Shown: piece after piece, positions 10,704 through 19,990 of the stretch
Position numbering within the stretch: position 1 is the first letter of the stretch
Layout: each line of letters begins with the position of its first letter
Sequence record: SRR20825019_871
DNA length: 39,176 nucleotides
Direction: 5' to 3' (one strand)
Made by a program: the position numbers and the translations under genes
Notes under the pieces: generated by a model
What the model was told of the DNA's origin: nothing
The model's database searches: none
The model's input: only the letters and a program-made list of their open reading frames with translations

Positions 10704-11458
10704 TGAAGATTTCCGCGACCATCATCACACTGAATGAAGAGCGGAACATTGAACGATGTATCCAATCCATTAAGAAAATAGCAGATGAAATTATTGTCCT
10801 CGATGCGTTTTCTAATGATCGCACAAAGGAAATTTGTCAATCCTTAAACGTTCGTTTTGTTGAGCGCGAGTGGGAAGGATATTCCGCTTCAAAAAATTAC
10901 CTGAATAGTTTAGCAACCTGCGAGTACATTCTCTCCTTAGATGCGGATGAAGCGTTGGACGATACACTAAAGGAAGAAATCGGACGGATCAAGAAAGAAG
11001 AGAATCCGCAATTGTATTCTGTAAACAGATTAACCAATTATTGTGGGAAGTGGATCAAGCACTCTGGTTGGTATCCTGATATAAAACTGCGCGTTTTTCC
11101 AAAAGAAGGCTCGCAATGGGAAGGTGCGTATGTGCACGAAGAATTGTCATGCCCACCCAACTTGAGCGTAGAAGAATTAAAAGGTCATTTACATCATTAC
11201 TCATATTACTCTTACGAAGATCATCGAGCCCGTGCGGATAAATATTCTGCACTAACGGCAAGAAAAATGCACGTCGCTGGTAAGAAAGCGTCATTTCTAA
11301 AGCCATATTTGAGTGCCGTAGGTCGCTTTGTTTCGATGTATTTGCTGAAATTGGGATTCCTTGACGGTAAAATGGGATTCAAAATCGCGCAGATTAGTGC
11401 ATTATCGAATATCTTTAAATACAAAGAATTAAGAAGATTGTCTCGTGAAGCAAATTAA
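10703..11458 (+). CDS. Glycosyltransferase family 2 (LPS beta-glucosyltransferase-like)
   Basis: IITLNEE, LSLDADE, GWYPD and VHE motifs. Confidence 0.9.
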   Translation: MKISATIITLNEERNIERCIQSIKKIADEIIVLDAFSNDRTKEICQSLNVRFVEREWEGYSASKNYLNSLATCEYILSLDADEALDDTLKEEIGRIKKEENPQLYSVNRLTNYCGKWIKHSGWYPDIKLRVFPKEGSQWEGAYVHEELSCPPNLSVEELKGHLHHYSYYSYEDHRARADKYSALTARKMHVAGKKASFLKPYLSAVGRFVSMYLLKLGFLDGKMGFKIAQISALSNIFKYKELRRLSREAN

Positions 11459-12461
11459 CCTAGATCATAAACGCGTCGTTATTAGTCGAACAGATAGCAT
11501 TGGAGATGTGATGCTTACCTTACCGATATGCGCTTGGATCAAGAATCAATATCCATCTGCTTACATAATTTTTTTAGGAAAAGGTTACACGAAACCAGTC
11601 GTTGAGGCATATCAATTGGTTGATGAATACAGAGATTGGGCTGAAATCGAAGGACTCAACCCAAACGAGCAACGCGAAGTATTCTCAGCTTTAAAAGCCG
11701 ATGCGATTATTCATGTGTTTCCAAATAAGGTGATTGCCAAACTTGCGAAAAAGACTGAAATACCTGTTCGTGTGGGAACCTCGCACCGCGGGTTTCATCT
11801 GTTTACGTGCAACTACCGAATGAACTTCACTCGAAAGAATTCAGAGTATCACGAATCTCAGTTGAATCATGAACTCTTGCGCCCATTTGGATTAGAGAAA
11901 TTACCAACGATTGAGCAAATAAACGCCACTACGCGCTTTTTCTCACCGGAGAAGGTAAGTTTGCCAGACCTTGTAACAAACGCGCTGAAATCATCCGAAA
12001 AGTGTACAATTCTCCATCCTAAATCGCAGGGGAGTGCAAGAGAATGGCCGATGGAAAGTTATTTAGCTCTTACAGAATTGCTTTTGCAACAGGGACACAC
12101 TGTTTTTTTCACAGGAACGGAGAAGGAAGGATTGCTTTTTCGATCATTTTTACCAGCCCACGAGCGAGTGATTGATACGACAGGGAAACTCTCATTAATA
12201 CAACTGATGGGTTTGATTAAGAGTGCAACTAATTTAGTAGCGTGTTCTACAGGACCGTTACATATCGCGGGCTATTCAGGAATTCGAACTGTTGGTTTGT
12301 TTTCTCCGCGCAGACCCATTCATCCTGGAAGATGGAAAGCCATTGGCTCCGATGTGCGCATTTTAACGAATGATGACGATTGCCCAACTTGTGCAAAAGG
12401 AAAAGAATGCGGTTGCATTACTCAAATAAGTCCTGAGCGCGTGATGGAACAAATTGCGTAA
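11445..12461 (+). CDS. Glycosyltransferase family 9 (heptosyltransferase-like)
   Basis: RTDSIGDVMLT, LHPKS-x-GSAREWP and STGPLHIA motifs. Confidence 0.88.
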   Translation: MKQINLDHKRVVISRTDSIGDVMLTLPICAWIKNQYPSAYIIFLGKGYTKPVVEAYQLVDEYRDWAEIEGLNPNEQREVFSALKADAIIHVFPNKVIAKLAKKTEIPVRVGTSHRGFHLFTCNYRMNFTRKNSEYHESQLNHELLRPFGLEKLPTIEQINATTRFFSPEKVSLPDLVTNALKSSEKCTILHPKSQGSAREWPMESYLALTELLLQQGHTVFFTGTEKEGLLFRSFLPAHERVIDTTGKLSLIQLMGLIKSATNLVACSTGPLHIAGYSGIRTVGLFSPRRPIHPGRWKAIGSDVRILTNDDDCPTCAKGKECGCITQISPERVMEQIA

Positions 12462-12511
12462 CTTTCAGCATCAATAAATTCATTTTACATACGATTTATA
12501 GCAACGTAATT

Positions 12512-13282
12512 GTGGCAATTTCCTCTGGGATTCTCTCCGCAGGATTTACTTTTCTTATTGGCTCTAGTCTTTGGTTGTATTATGGTCTATTTGCTTGTTT
12601 TTCGACATTTGCCGTGTACAATGCTCAGCGACTCATTAAGTCTTCGCAATCTAAAAACACCCCGTGGTTGAGTTGGGTAAAAAAGCACGATAAGTTGCTT
12701 TATTCAGCCGTTTTTGCTTCTGTTCTTTTAGCCGGATCGACTATCATCCTGATTGGGAAAATAACGCTAGAATCCATGATCATGCTTGGTTTAGCAGGGT
12801 TGATTAGTGCCTTTTATGTGTTAAAAGTGAAAGGAAAAAGTCTCCGAGATAGATCCTATCTCAAAGTACATTTGATCGCCGTTGCTTGGATTTCGGTGCT
12901 CCTACTATTTCCTGTGCTTAACGAAAAACCCTTGTTCTTTTTGCATACGATAGCCATTGTTTGGGTGCATTATTTTTATGTGCTGGGAGTAACGATTCCC
13001 TTTGACATTCGTGATTTAAAATACGATGCTAAAAACCAGCGAACAATTCCACAGTTGGTGGGAGTGTCCGGAGCGAAGGTAATGGCTGTTATTGCCTTAG
13101 TTATTTTTGGAGTTGCGATGCTGTGGTTAGTTGAAACAATGAGGACGAATCCGCTGTTTTACGGAGCTGTTTTTGTGCAAATTGTCCTAGTATTCTTTAT
13201 GACGGAGAAACGTGGTGATCTCTATTGTGCGGGGTTAATCGATGGATCGATTGCGATTCTGGGGGTGAGCTACTTCTTCTAA
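12512..13282 (+). CDS. UbiA-like multi-pass membrane protein; true start probably upstream of 12512
   Basis: Many TM helices, a YN motif and PFDIRDLKYD...RTIPQ. The frame is open upstream to 12437. Confidence 0.65.
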   Translation: MAISSGILSAGFTFLIGSSLWLYYGLFACFSTFAVYNAQRLIKSSQSKNTPWLSWVKKHDKLLYSAVFASVLLAGSTIILIGKITLESMIMLGLAGLISAFYVLKVKGKSLRDRSYLKVHLIAVAWISVLLLFPVLNEKPLFFLHTIAIVWVHYFYVLGVTIPFDIRDLKYDAKNQRTIPQLVGVSGAKVMAVIALVIFGVAMLWLVETMRTNPLFYGAVFVQIVLVFFMTEKRGDLYCAGLIDGSIAILGVSYFF

Positions 13283-13288
13283 CCCTCT

Positions 13289-13513
13289 TGGTTCGACTCC
13301 GCTCACCATTCGGCTGCTATCGAAAAAGAGGAGTCGTTATTCCATAGACTGCTTCGTTACATTTTCACGCATGGCGAGCTACGTTCATTCTCCCGCACGG
13401 TGAGCGGAGCCGAACCGTGAGTTGAACCCTCTACTGTGACCGGAGCATATCGCACGGTGAGCAAAGCTATGTACAACGCAGCGAACTGCACGGTGAGCGG
13501 AGCCGAACCGTGA
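13289..13513. repeat. Cluster of REP-like stem-loops between convergent genes
   Basis: tggTTCGACTCCGCTCAcca at 13289-13308. Two identical opposite-orientation 26-mers, gcacggTGAGCGGAGCCGAAccgtga, at 13395-13420 and 13488-13513. A partial copy at 13451-13462. Confidence 0.85.
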
Positions 13514-13541
13514 TTTTTAAGTGTAATTTAACCGTAAGTTG

Positions 13542-14903
13542 CTAAGCAAACAACGCTCTCACGACTTCCGTGATTTTTGAACACTGAACCAATTCTATCT
13601 TGAAATCCTTTTGGTCGATTCCTTTATTATACTGCGAAATAATGATTTTATCGAAGCCTAGTTTTTCTGCCTCATGAATTCGTTGATCAATTCTGTTTAC
13701 TGGACGAACTTCTCCTGAGAGTCCAACTTCTGCTGAAAGCGCAATGTTCTTCGGAATCGCGATGTCCGCATTGGAAGATAAAACCGCCGCGACAACTGCG
13801 AGATCAATCGCTGGATCATCCACCTTAATTCCTCCTGCGATATTTAGGAAAACGTCTTTTGCGCCCAATTTGAAACCACACCTTTTTTCCATTACTGCGA
13901 GCAGCATGTTCAATCGTTTACTGTCAAATCCTGTTGAAGAGCGCTGTGGAGTTCCGTACGCAGCTGTGCTCACAAGTGCCTGAACTTCAATCAACATTGG
14001 TCGCATACCTTCCATTGTTGCACCAATAGAAATTCCGCTCAATGTGCTATCGTTATTCGTAATCAGAATCTCGGAAGGGTTTTCCACTTGTCGCAGTCCC
14101 GAACCGTTCATTTCATAAATTCCTAGCTCATTTGTACTTCCAAAGCGATTTTTGATGGAACGTAATAATCTATATATATGATTTCTATCTCCTTCAAACT
14201 GTAAAACGGCATCCACCATGTGTTCCAATACTTTCGGACCAGCCAATGAACCTTCCTTGGTAATGTGTCCGATCAGAAAAACAGGAACGTTTGTCTGTTT
14301 CGCATAACGCAATAGTTGCGCTGTACATTCTCTTACTTGGGAAATGCTTCCCGGAGAACTTTCAATTTGCGAAGAATACAGTGTTTGTATTGAATCAATA
14401 ACCAAAAGCTGTGGTTGGACTTTTTCCGCTTGTTGGAAGATGTTTTGAATATTCGTTTCCGTGAGAATAAAACAACCGTCGTTTAACACACCAATCCGTT
14501 CGGAGCGCATTTTTATTTGTTGATCACTTTCCTCTCCTGAAACATAAAGTACTTTTAAGTCTGGAGCAGTGATTGCAATTTGTAGTAACAAAGTAGATTT
14601 TCCAATTCCAGGTTCTCCGCCAAACAAAATCAGTGATCCCGGAACGATTCCTCCTCCTAAAACCCGATTCAATTCAGTGTCGGGAAACAAAATTCGATCG
14701 TGCTCTTGCTTCGTTATCTCATTCAGCGATTGTGGCTTAGCAGTTTCATGTGATTTTGAAAAAGCAACCACAGATGGAATTTGCTTTTGAATCAATTCCT
14801 CAACAAATGTGTTCCATTCATTACACGATGGACACTTACCGAGCCATTTTGGTGTTTCGTGACCACAATTTTGACAGAAATATGCTGATTTTACCTTCGC
14901 CAT
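13542..14903 (-). CDS. radA: DNA repair protein RadA/Sms
   Basis: C4 zinc finger, GEPGIGKST, KNRFG motif and Lon-like C-terminus. Confidence 0.98.
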   Translation of the reverse strand: MAKVKSAYFCQNCGHETPKWLGKCPSCNEWNTFVEELIQKQIPSVVAFSKSHETAKPQSLNEITKQEHDRILFPDTELNRVLGGGIVPGSLILFGGEPGIGKSTLLLQIAITAPDLKVLYVSGEESDQQIKMRSERIGVLNDGCFILTETNIQNIFQQAEKVQPQLLVIDSIQTLYSSQIESSPGSISQVRECTAQLLRYAKQTNVPVFLIGHITKEGSLAGPKVLEHMVDAVLQFEGDRNHIYRLLRSIKNRFGSTNELGIYEMNGSGLRQVENPSEILITNNDSTLSGISIGATMEGMRPMLIEVQALVSTAAYGTPQRSSTGFDSKRLNMLLAVMEKRCGFKLGAKDVFLNIAGGIKVDDPAIDLAVVAAVLSSNADIAIPKNIALSAEVGLSGEVRPVNRIDQRIHEAEKLGFDKIIISQYNKGIDQKDFKIELVQCSKITEVVRALFA

Positions 14904-14979
14904 GTTTGATTTTGAGCTAAAGATAAGGGGAATTTGTAAATCGACAGTATTGGAATTTAATTGAGTAAATTGGACAATA

Positions 14980-15636
14980 ATGTACTACGTAAAACGGATA
15001 ATTGGTTTTTTAAATGCGTTGAGAGCTCGGGGATTGTTTAAAAGAAACGCCTTTAATCTTTCATCGTTGGTGAAGCGACTGTTCATTTTCCCATTTTGGT
15101 ATGTTTTATTGGTTACATTCGCTCTTTTTGACCTTTTTCTACTCGGAGAAATGCTCACCTTTTTGTTGAGAGCAACCGCGAGGCAGAAACGGAAATTATC
15201 CAAGAACGAACTCAGAAATTTAGGAATTCTTGAGTCGAGCGATGTGATATTTTTGGCGTCTGTAACGATCATTGAAGAATCTTGGCTCTCCAAACTAGGT
15301 TGTTGGCTCAGTCGACGGAAAAGTTTGGGTCTGGGCATTGCTCGAACGGTGCATTTTTCGAGAAAAATTGATCCAACTTTGCCGAGCGATCTCGGATGGC
15401 TCATGCACGAATTGGCGCATACTCTGCAATTCAAATACCGTGGATTGATTTACATTCCAGAGGCGTTAATCGCGCAGAACTTTTCAGGCTATGATTTCGG
15501 AGGAAAACAGAGTCTTGATGAACAGAGTGAAATTGGAGCATTCAATCCAGAGCAGCAAGCCGAGATCTTCAGGTATTTGATCCTTTCGAAATATCCGTCC
15601 GAACTGAGGAAGGAGATCATCGATGGAAATTGGTAA
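14980..15636 (+). CDS. Putative membrane-anchored HExxH metalloprotein (DUF4157-like)
   Basis: N-terminal hydrophobic segment, WLMHELAHTLQ and FNPEQQAE. Confidence 0.6.
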   Translation: MYYVKRIIGFLNALRARGLFKRNAFNLSSLVKRLFIFPFWYVLLVTFALFDLFLLGEMLTFLLRATARQKRKLSKNELRNLGILESSDVIFLASVTIIEESWLSKLGCWLSRRKSLGLGIARTVHFSRKIDPTLPSDLGWLMHELAHTLQFKYRGLIYIPEALIAQNFSGYDFGGKQSLDEQSEIGAFNPEQQAEIFRYLILSKYPSELRKEIIDGNW

Positions 15637-15638
15637 AA

Positions 15639-15851
15639 TTAACCAGCAAAATTTCTTCGTGCCGATCTATGACAGCGTCTTTTACGTTTTTTATTGGCGC
15701 GTTTCCCTCGACGAGACTTCTTGTTTTTACCCCCATCAAAATGGGAAATAGTAATGTGAGCGTCTGTTTGTAGTAGACCACTGGAGAGTTGATCACTTGC
15801 AAATGAGTTCGTTCCAATAAACAGGATGAGAAATAACAGGAGATGTTTCAT
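15639..15851 (-). CDS. Small exported protein with a highly basic C-terminus
   Basis: Signal peptide MKHLLLFLILFIGTNSFA; tail GGKNKKSRRGKRANKKRKRRCHRSARRNFAG. Confidence 0.6.
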   Translation of the reverse strand: MKHLLLFLILFIGTNSFASDQLSSGLLQTDAHITISHFDGGKNKKSRRGKRANKKRKRRCHRSARRNFAG

Positions 15852-16003
15852 GATACTTGGTTTAGGGGTTTATAACGTTGTAATCGACGACATTATTGTT
15901 TTCCAAATAAGTGATGGGGATTTTGCTCTTGAATTGGGCGAGTGCGGATTTTACGATTGAAAAAGGGGTAATTTCCTCATTGACAATTAGATGAGTGTTT
16001 TTA

Positions 16004-16011
16004 TACCTTTG
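16004..16011 (+). promoter_or_regulatory. -7 promoter box
   Basis: TACCTTTG, followed by an A-rich leader. Confidence 0.6.
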
Positions 16012-16046
16012 AAAAAGTAATTTTTATTAACCAAAAATCTAACATT

Positions 16047-16301
16047 ATGCCACATTATGCACAAGGAACAACCGGATGGACAAAGTTGAGCGGATATCAA
16101 GCCGTTTGGGATCCAAAAATTGATCTAGGTAAATTTTATTTCACGACATCTCAGGGAGTACGCGAAGAAACACCGTACATGACAGCAGAAAATTTTGCTC
16201 GAGTAATTGATATTTTGAGAAATGAAAATCCCGTTTACGGAAACGCATCAACGGGTTCTGTAACCACTCAAACAGAAGAGGTAGGAGAGGAAGAAAGCTG
16301 A
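16047..16301 (+). CDS. Small hypothetical protein, 84 aa, monocistronic
   Basis: Has its own promoter and terminator; contains VIDILRNENPVY and the C-terminal TxxEEVGEEE. Confidence 0.75.
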   Translation: MPHYAQGTTGWTKLSGYQAVWDPKIDLGKFYFTTSQGVREETPYMTAENFARVIDILRNENPVYGNASTGSVTTQTEEVGEEES

Positions 16302-16329
16302 TTCCATTCCAACTTTTTAGGACAGATAT

Positions 16330-16372
16330 AGGGGATTCAGTACTGATGGTTATCGGTATGAATCCCTTTTTC
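16330..16372 (+). terminator. Intrinsic terminator
   Basis: GGGGATTCA-g-TACTGAT-ggtt-ATCGGTA-TGAATCCCT followed by a T-run. Confidence 0.75.
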
Positions 16373-16384
16373 TTGATTCAATAA

Positions 16385-16918
16385 TTAAAAGTTCAGGCGA
16401 TAAATCAACACGGGCATTCCCATAAACTCCCATTCTCCGTCGAGTTTCAGTCCATTTGCCTCTGCAACACCAATTGAAGCATCGTTTTCAGGGTGAATTA
16501 ATGAAATGACACTTTTTATTGCAAGGTTTTCCTTTGCGAAGTCAATAAAACTCAGTGCCAACTCACGTGCATATCCTTTTCCCCAGAATTCTGGGAGGAG
16601 GCTATACGTAATTTCATATTCTTCAACGTCATTGACGTTATCTCTGGCGATAATTCCACCGACACCGATAAAGCGTCCCGACGACTTTTCAATGATTGCT
16701 AATTGACCAAATTGCTGTTCTTCTTCTCGCTGCATTTGTCGTTTAATCCACGTTTCGGCTCGTTCTTTTCCAGGAATGGAAATGTCTTGAGCAAGAAAGC
16801 GTTGGTAATCATCTCGGTCAAAAAAGGGGAGGAAAGGTTGAACATCGCTGAGACTAAATGGACGAAATTCTAGTCTATCACTTGCGTGCGAGTAATAACT
16901 TGATGGTGGAACAATCAT
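16385..16918 (-). CDS. GNAT N-acetyltransferase (RimJ/RimL type)
   Basis: SDRLEFRPF, FWGKGYARE and I-x-x-EN-x-AS motifs. Confidence 0.9.
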   Translation of the reverse strand: MIVPPSSYYSHASDRLEFRPFSLSDVQPFLPFFDRDDYQRFLAQDISIPGKERAETWIKRQMQREEEQQFGQLAIIEKSSGRFIGVGGIIARDNVNDVEEYEITYSLLPEFWGKGYARELALSFIDFAKENLAIKSVISLIHPENDASIGVAEANGLKLDGEWEFMGMPVLIYRLNF

Positions 16919-16923
16919 CGTTT

Positions 16924-17265
16924 CTATACTATGTGTTGATATTCAGACCGTAAGAACCCTCCAACTTCGTGTTCAAGAGCCTTCATTTTTGGATGAAAAG
17001 CAATGAAGTAAATGATCATTGGAATAATTACCCCAAGCAAAACCATGGTAATTGCAAAAAGGAACATTCCACCCATTGTAGGAAAGCTTGCATTCACAAT
17101 CATTCGTTTCTTTTGAATGAGAATATTGAGTCCGTTAGAGGATGATTTTTTCCCGATGAGTAAGCCTTTCCCTCGCATCGTAAACGAGTAGTTTGGAAAT
17201 TGTGCTTCGAGCTTTGCTTTTAGTTCGGGATAGGTAATCGTTCCAGGTTCAATAGGAAACTTCAT
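16924..17265 (-). CDS. Hypothetical membrane protein
   Basis: 113-aa ORF with a hydrophobic hairpin, 5 nt from the GNAT gene. Confidence 0.7.
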   Translation of the reverse strand: MKFPIEPGTITYPELKAKLEAQFPNYSFTMRGKGLLIGKKSSSNGLNILIQKKRMIVNASFPTMGGMFLFAITMVLLGVIIPMIIYFIAFHPKMKALEHEVGGFLRSEYQHIV

Positions 17266-17347
17266 ATTCGTCAGTGTTTGGTTATTAAAATTAGCATTAT
17301 TTCGCTAAAAACAACCGCGATTATGACAGATGGAAGAATGGGAGTCA

Positions 17348-17373
17348 AGACGAGGAATAGAAACTCCTCGTCT
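17348..17373 (-). terminator. Hairpin after the 407-aa gene
   Basis: AGACGAGGA-atagaaac-TCCTCGTCT, a perfect 9-bp stem with no clear U-tract. Confidence 0.45.
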
Positions 17374-17379
17374 GAACAT

Positions 17380-18603
17380 TTATTGGTTGACTTCCCACCG
17401 ACGCTTTTGATCGGCTAGAAACGGTTTTTCATCTTCTGCATGGCGTTTGAACTTTCCACCATTGTTGATTGCCAAATTTAAATTGAGTTCGGCATTTTGG
17501 AAATCGGCTTTCCAAGTCATTAATTCGGCTAGATTGCATTGAATCATCGCCGTGACTTTGTCGTTAATTCGCGCTTTGGAATCGTAATTATTGCTTTCAA
17601 AAAGTACTTCATTCCAAGCAGCAATCGCTTGATCGATTGTAGCAATAGCGCTTTTTCGATCACGGTCATTTTTAACGAGCTCAAGCGCTTGTGTTGTATA
17701 TGTGAACGCAGTAGTAACATCGGAGTAGTCGTAATCTTTGAAGCGTTTCACTGAATACAATTCAGCATACCTCGTTTTTATAGGAAATCCAATCTGATTG
17801 TTCAAGTAATCGTTAGCACCCTGCAACGCGTTTGTTCGTGCAGAACGTTCCAAATCTTGCATAAACTGAGTCTCACTGTTAAGCATAAACAATTGATAAT
17901 CATACTTGCTTTTATATTCACCAATGGAGTAGTTTTCCACACCTTCCAAAATTCGCAGCTTCATAATAATGCCTTGCTTTGGCGTTTCAACTGTGATTTC
18001 AATCGGTAAGTTATATTGCGCAGAATAAGTGTACTTCGTTGTAGATCCAGCGCCAGTTTTTCGTTCATTGATTCGAATATTCTGGATTGGTAGCACCGCA
18101 AGTGTGATTTTTATTTCTCCCGTTCCTTTTGAGAATCCTTGAAGATTAACAGCATTTTTTGCCTCATTTTCGCCCAATGTTGAATGCAAGAAAATAGGCT
18201 TCAATACAGGATATGTTGGTTGTAAAGGATATATCGGTTGTTTCGGAACAGCGAGTGGCTGACCATTCGGCTGTTTCACACCATTGTTGGTTTGCGTTTC
18301 CCATTGAGACATTTGAACTAAATAATTTCGATCCAACGAGTCTATCATGCGTTTGTGATTCGCCATAGCACTTTGAAAGAACTCCATCATAAGATTTTGT
18401 CGTGCTTCTTGCAAAAGCGTGCTGTCTGTATTCGCTTGTTCATAGCGATGCTCGATTACAACTTCGTAAGAATTATAGGTGTTGTCAATCTTCACGAGAG
18501 GAAGTTGAGTATACGTAAAACTGAATTTAACGTCGTCTATATTTTGTGCGTGGATCGCTCCAGTTGAGATCAACAGAAGAGGGATGAGTAGAAATTTATT
18601 CAT
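17380..18603 (-). CDS. Exported hypothetical protein with a helical (TPR-like) C-terminus
   Basis: Signal peptide IHA|Q, a Pro/Gln-rich linker and a helical C-terminus. Confidence 0.75.
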   Translation of the reverse strand: MNKFLLIPLLLISTGAIHAQNIDDVKFSFTYTQLPLVKIDNTYNSYEVVIEHRYEQANTDSTLLQEARQNLMMEFFQSAMANHKRMIDSLDRNYLVQMSQWETQTNNGVKQPNGQPLAVPKQPIYPLQPTYPVLKPIFLHSTLGENEAKNAVNLQGFSKGTGEIKITLAVLPIQNIRINERKTGAGSTTKYTYSAQYNLPIEITVETPKQGIIMKLRILEGVENYSIGEYKSKYDYQLFMLNSETQFMQDLERSARTNALQGANDYLNNQIGFPIKTRYAELYSVKRFKDYDYSDVTTAFTYTTQALELVKNDRDRKSAIATIDQAIAAWNEVLFESNNYDSKARINDKVTAMIQCNLAELMTWKADFQNAELNLNLAINNGGKFKRHAEDEKPFLADQKRRWEVNQ

Positions 18604-18646
18604 AAGTATTATTTTTTCGAGCCTTGCGGCAAGTGATTGTTACAAA

Positions 18647-18661
18647 CCAAATCGAGTGCCA
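18647..18661 (-). promoter_or_regulatory. Candidate sigma-54 (-24/-12) promoter
   Basis: The minus strand reads TGGCAC-tcgat-TTGG, against the consensus TGGCAC-N5-TTGC. Confidence 0.5.
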
Positions 18662-18731
18662 AAGAAAGGGCTTTAAGAAAACATTAACACTATTCAGAGC
18701 AGAAGTGTTGTTCTCAAAAGAGCGCTTTCTC

Positions 18732-19817
18732 CTAGTTTATTTCTGGTTTTGTTTCGTTGTGATTGTATGTTTTTAAACGTTCTTTTTCTTTAATGCTTCT
18801 ATTTAAACAGCTTCCAATGACAATAGAAATAAGCACGTAACCAGCGAAGTAATACAAGCCAAACATAATTCCAGCGTCCATTTCCACGCCAGGACTCATA
18901 TTTGAAAAACTGAGATAGGCCAGAAAAGCACTGATCACGAATACATCTGCCATGCTCCATTTAGAAATGAAAGTCAAAAATTTTCTTAAGCGTTTTGCCC
19001 CAGTGACAGGTAGAAGTAAAATCACAATGGTAGAAAAGAGTTTAACCAGTGGAATAATCACGCTAAACGTGCCAATCGCTCCAGCTACAAGCTTATTATT
19101 GTTGTTCCAAAGCAGGTAAATTACATCGACAATTCCTTTGTTTTGGTAGTAGAAATAGGTTCTTCCTTGCATCACTTTGTCAAAGCCCACTTCAACGTCT
19201 GCATTTTCTAGTAGGAAGCTATGTCCTTCCCCCATAATGGATTTTGCCTCTTTTGCCCAGGAGCTTCCATAAATGGGGATGAGTTCAATAAGTCCAGAAT
19301 ATTCCTCGATTTGTTCCATGTACTTCAGTGTTTCATCAAAGTAGGGAATGTCTCTTGGCTTCACGTAAACCTTGAAAGTAAGATCATCTTTAAAAGCAGA
19401 AATCTCGAGCGCAGGATTCATTATTCCTTGTGCAAGAAGTACCATGCCGACAAATGAAATGCCCATTGTTAGACCAAAAAAGAACCTTTTTCTAGCATAT
19501 ACTGTAATAATGATTACTAGAAACACGAGCGACAGCATGAGCAGATAATTTCCGTATTCAAGTGCGTTTGAGTAGTGCTGTTCTGCTTTGGAAATGGCTA
19601 TATCTACCAGTTCTTTTTTCTCTTTCCAAGCTTGTTCAGAAAAGACCCAATCACGGAAGGACATCAGTCGATCATTAAAATTTAGGATTTCCGAAACCTG
19701 CATTTTATCTTCTTTAAAAAGAGAAGATTCGGCGGCGCTCTCAGAGATCAGAAAATAAGAGAGAATTAAAAAAACAAGACCAATAATAAGGCCGGGCAAA
19801 CTGTAGAATCTTTTCAT
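18732..19817 (-). CDS. PqiA-family membrane protein
   Basis: FSVIIPLVKL and ISKWSMADVFV motifs. Start taken at the ATG of MKRFYS rather than the upstream TTG. Confidence 0.75.
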   Translation of the reverse strand: MKRFYSLPGLIIGLVFLILSYFLISESAAESSLFKEDKMQVSEILNFNDRLMSFRDWVFSEQAWKEKKELVDIAISKAEQHYSNALEYGNYLLMLSLVFLVIIITVYARKRFFFGLTMGISFVGMVLLAQGIMNPALEISAFKDDLTFKVYVKPRDIPYFDETLKYMEQIEEYSGLIELIPIYGSSWAKEAKSIMGEGHSFLLENADVEVGFDKVMQGRTYFYYQNKGIVDVIYLLWNNNNKLVAGAIGTFSVIIPLVKLFSTIVILLLPVTGAKRLRKFLTFISKWSMADVFVISAFLAYLSFSNMSPGVEMDAGIMFGLYYFAGYVLISIVIGSCLNRSIKEKERLKTYNHNETKPEIN

Positions 19818-19990
19818 TCGGGTTGATTGCGTTGATTCTAAAAATAGCGTTTTATTGGATGTTTGCAAAGTTGCTTTGAGCAGTGAGGCGCAAAAGTGAA
19901 AATGTTCCGGAGTTTTAGAAAATGATGGAACCCGTGTTTAGGTCTCGCTATGTTCCGAGAGCTTTGGGAAGAAACTTAAGAAGAGTAAAT

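Noticed and set aside
19902-19970. ATGTTCCG repeated at 48-bp spacing
   Set aside because: Only two short degenerate copies, compatible with chance.
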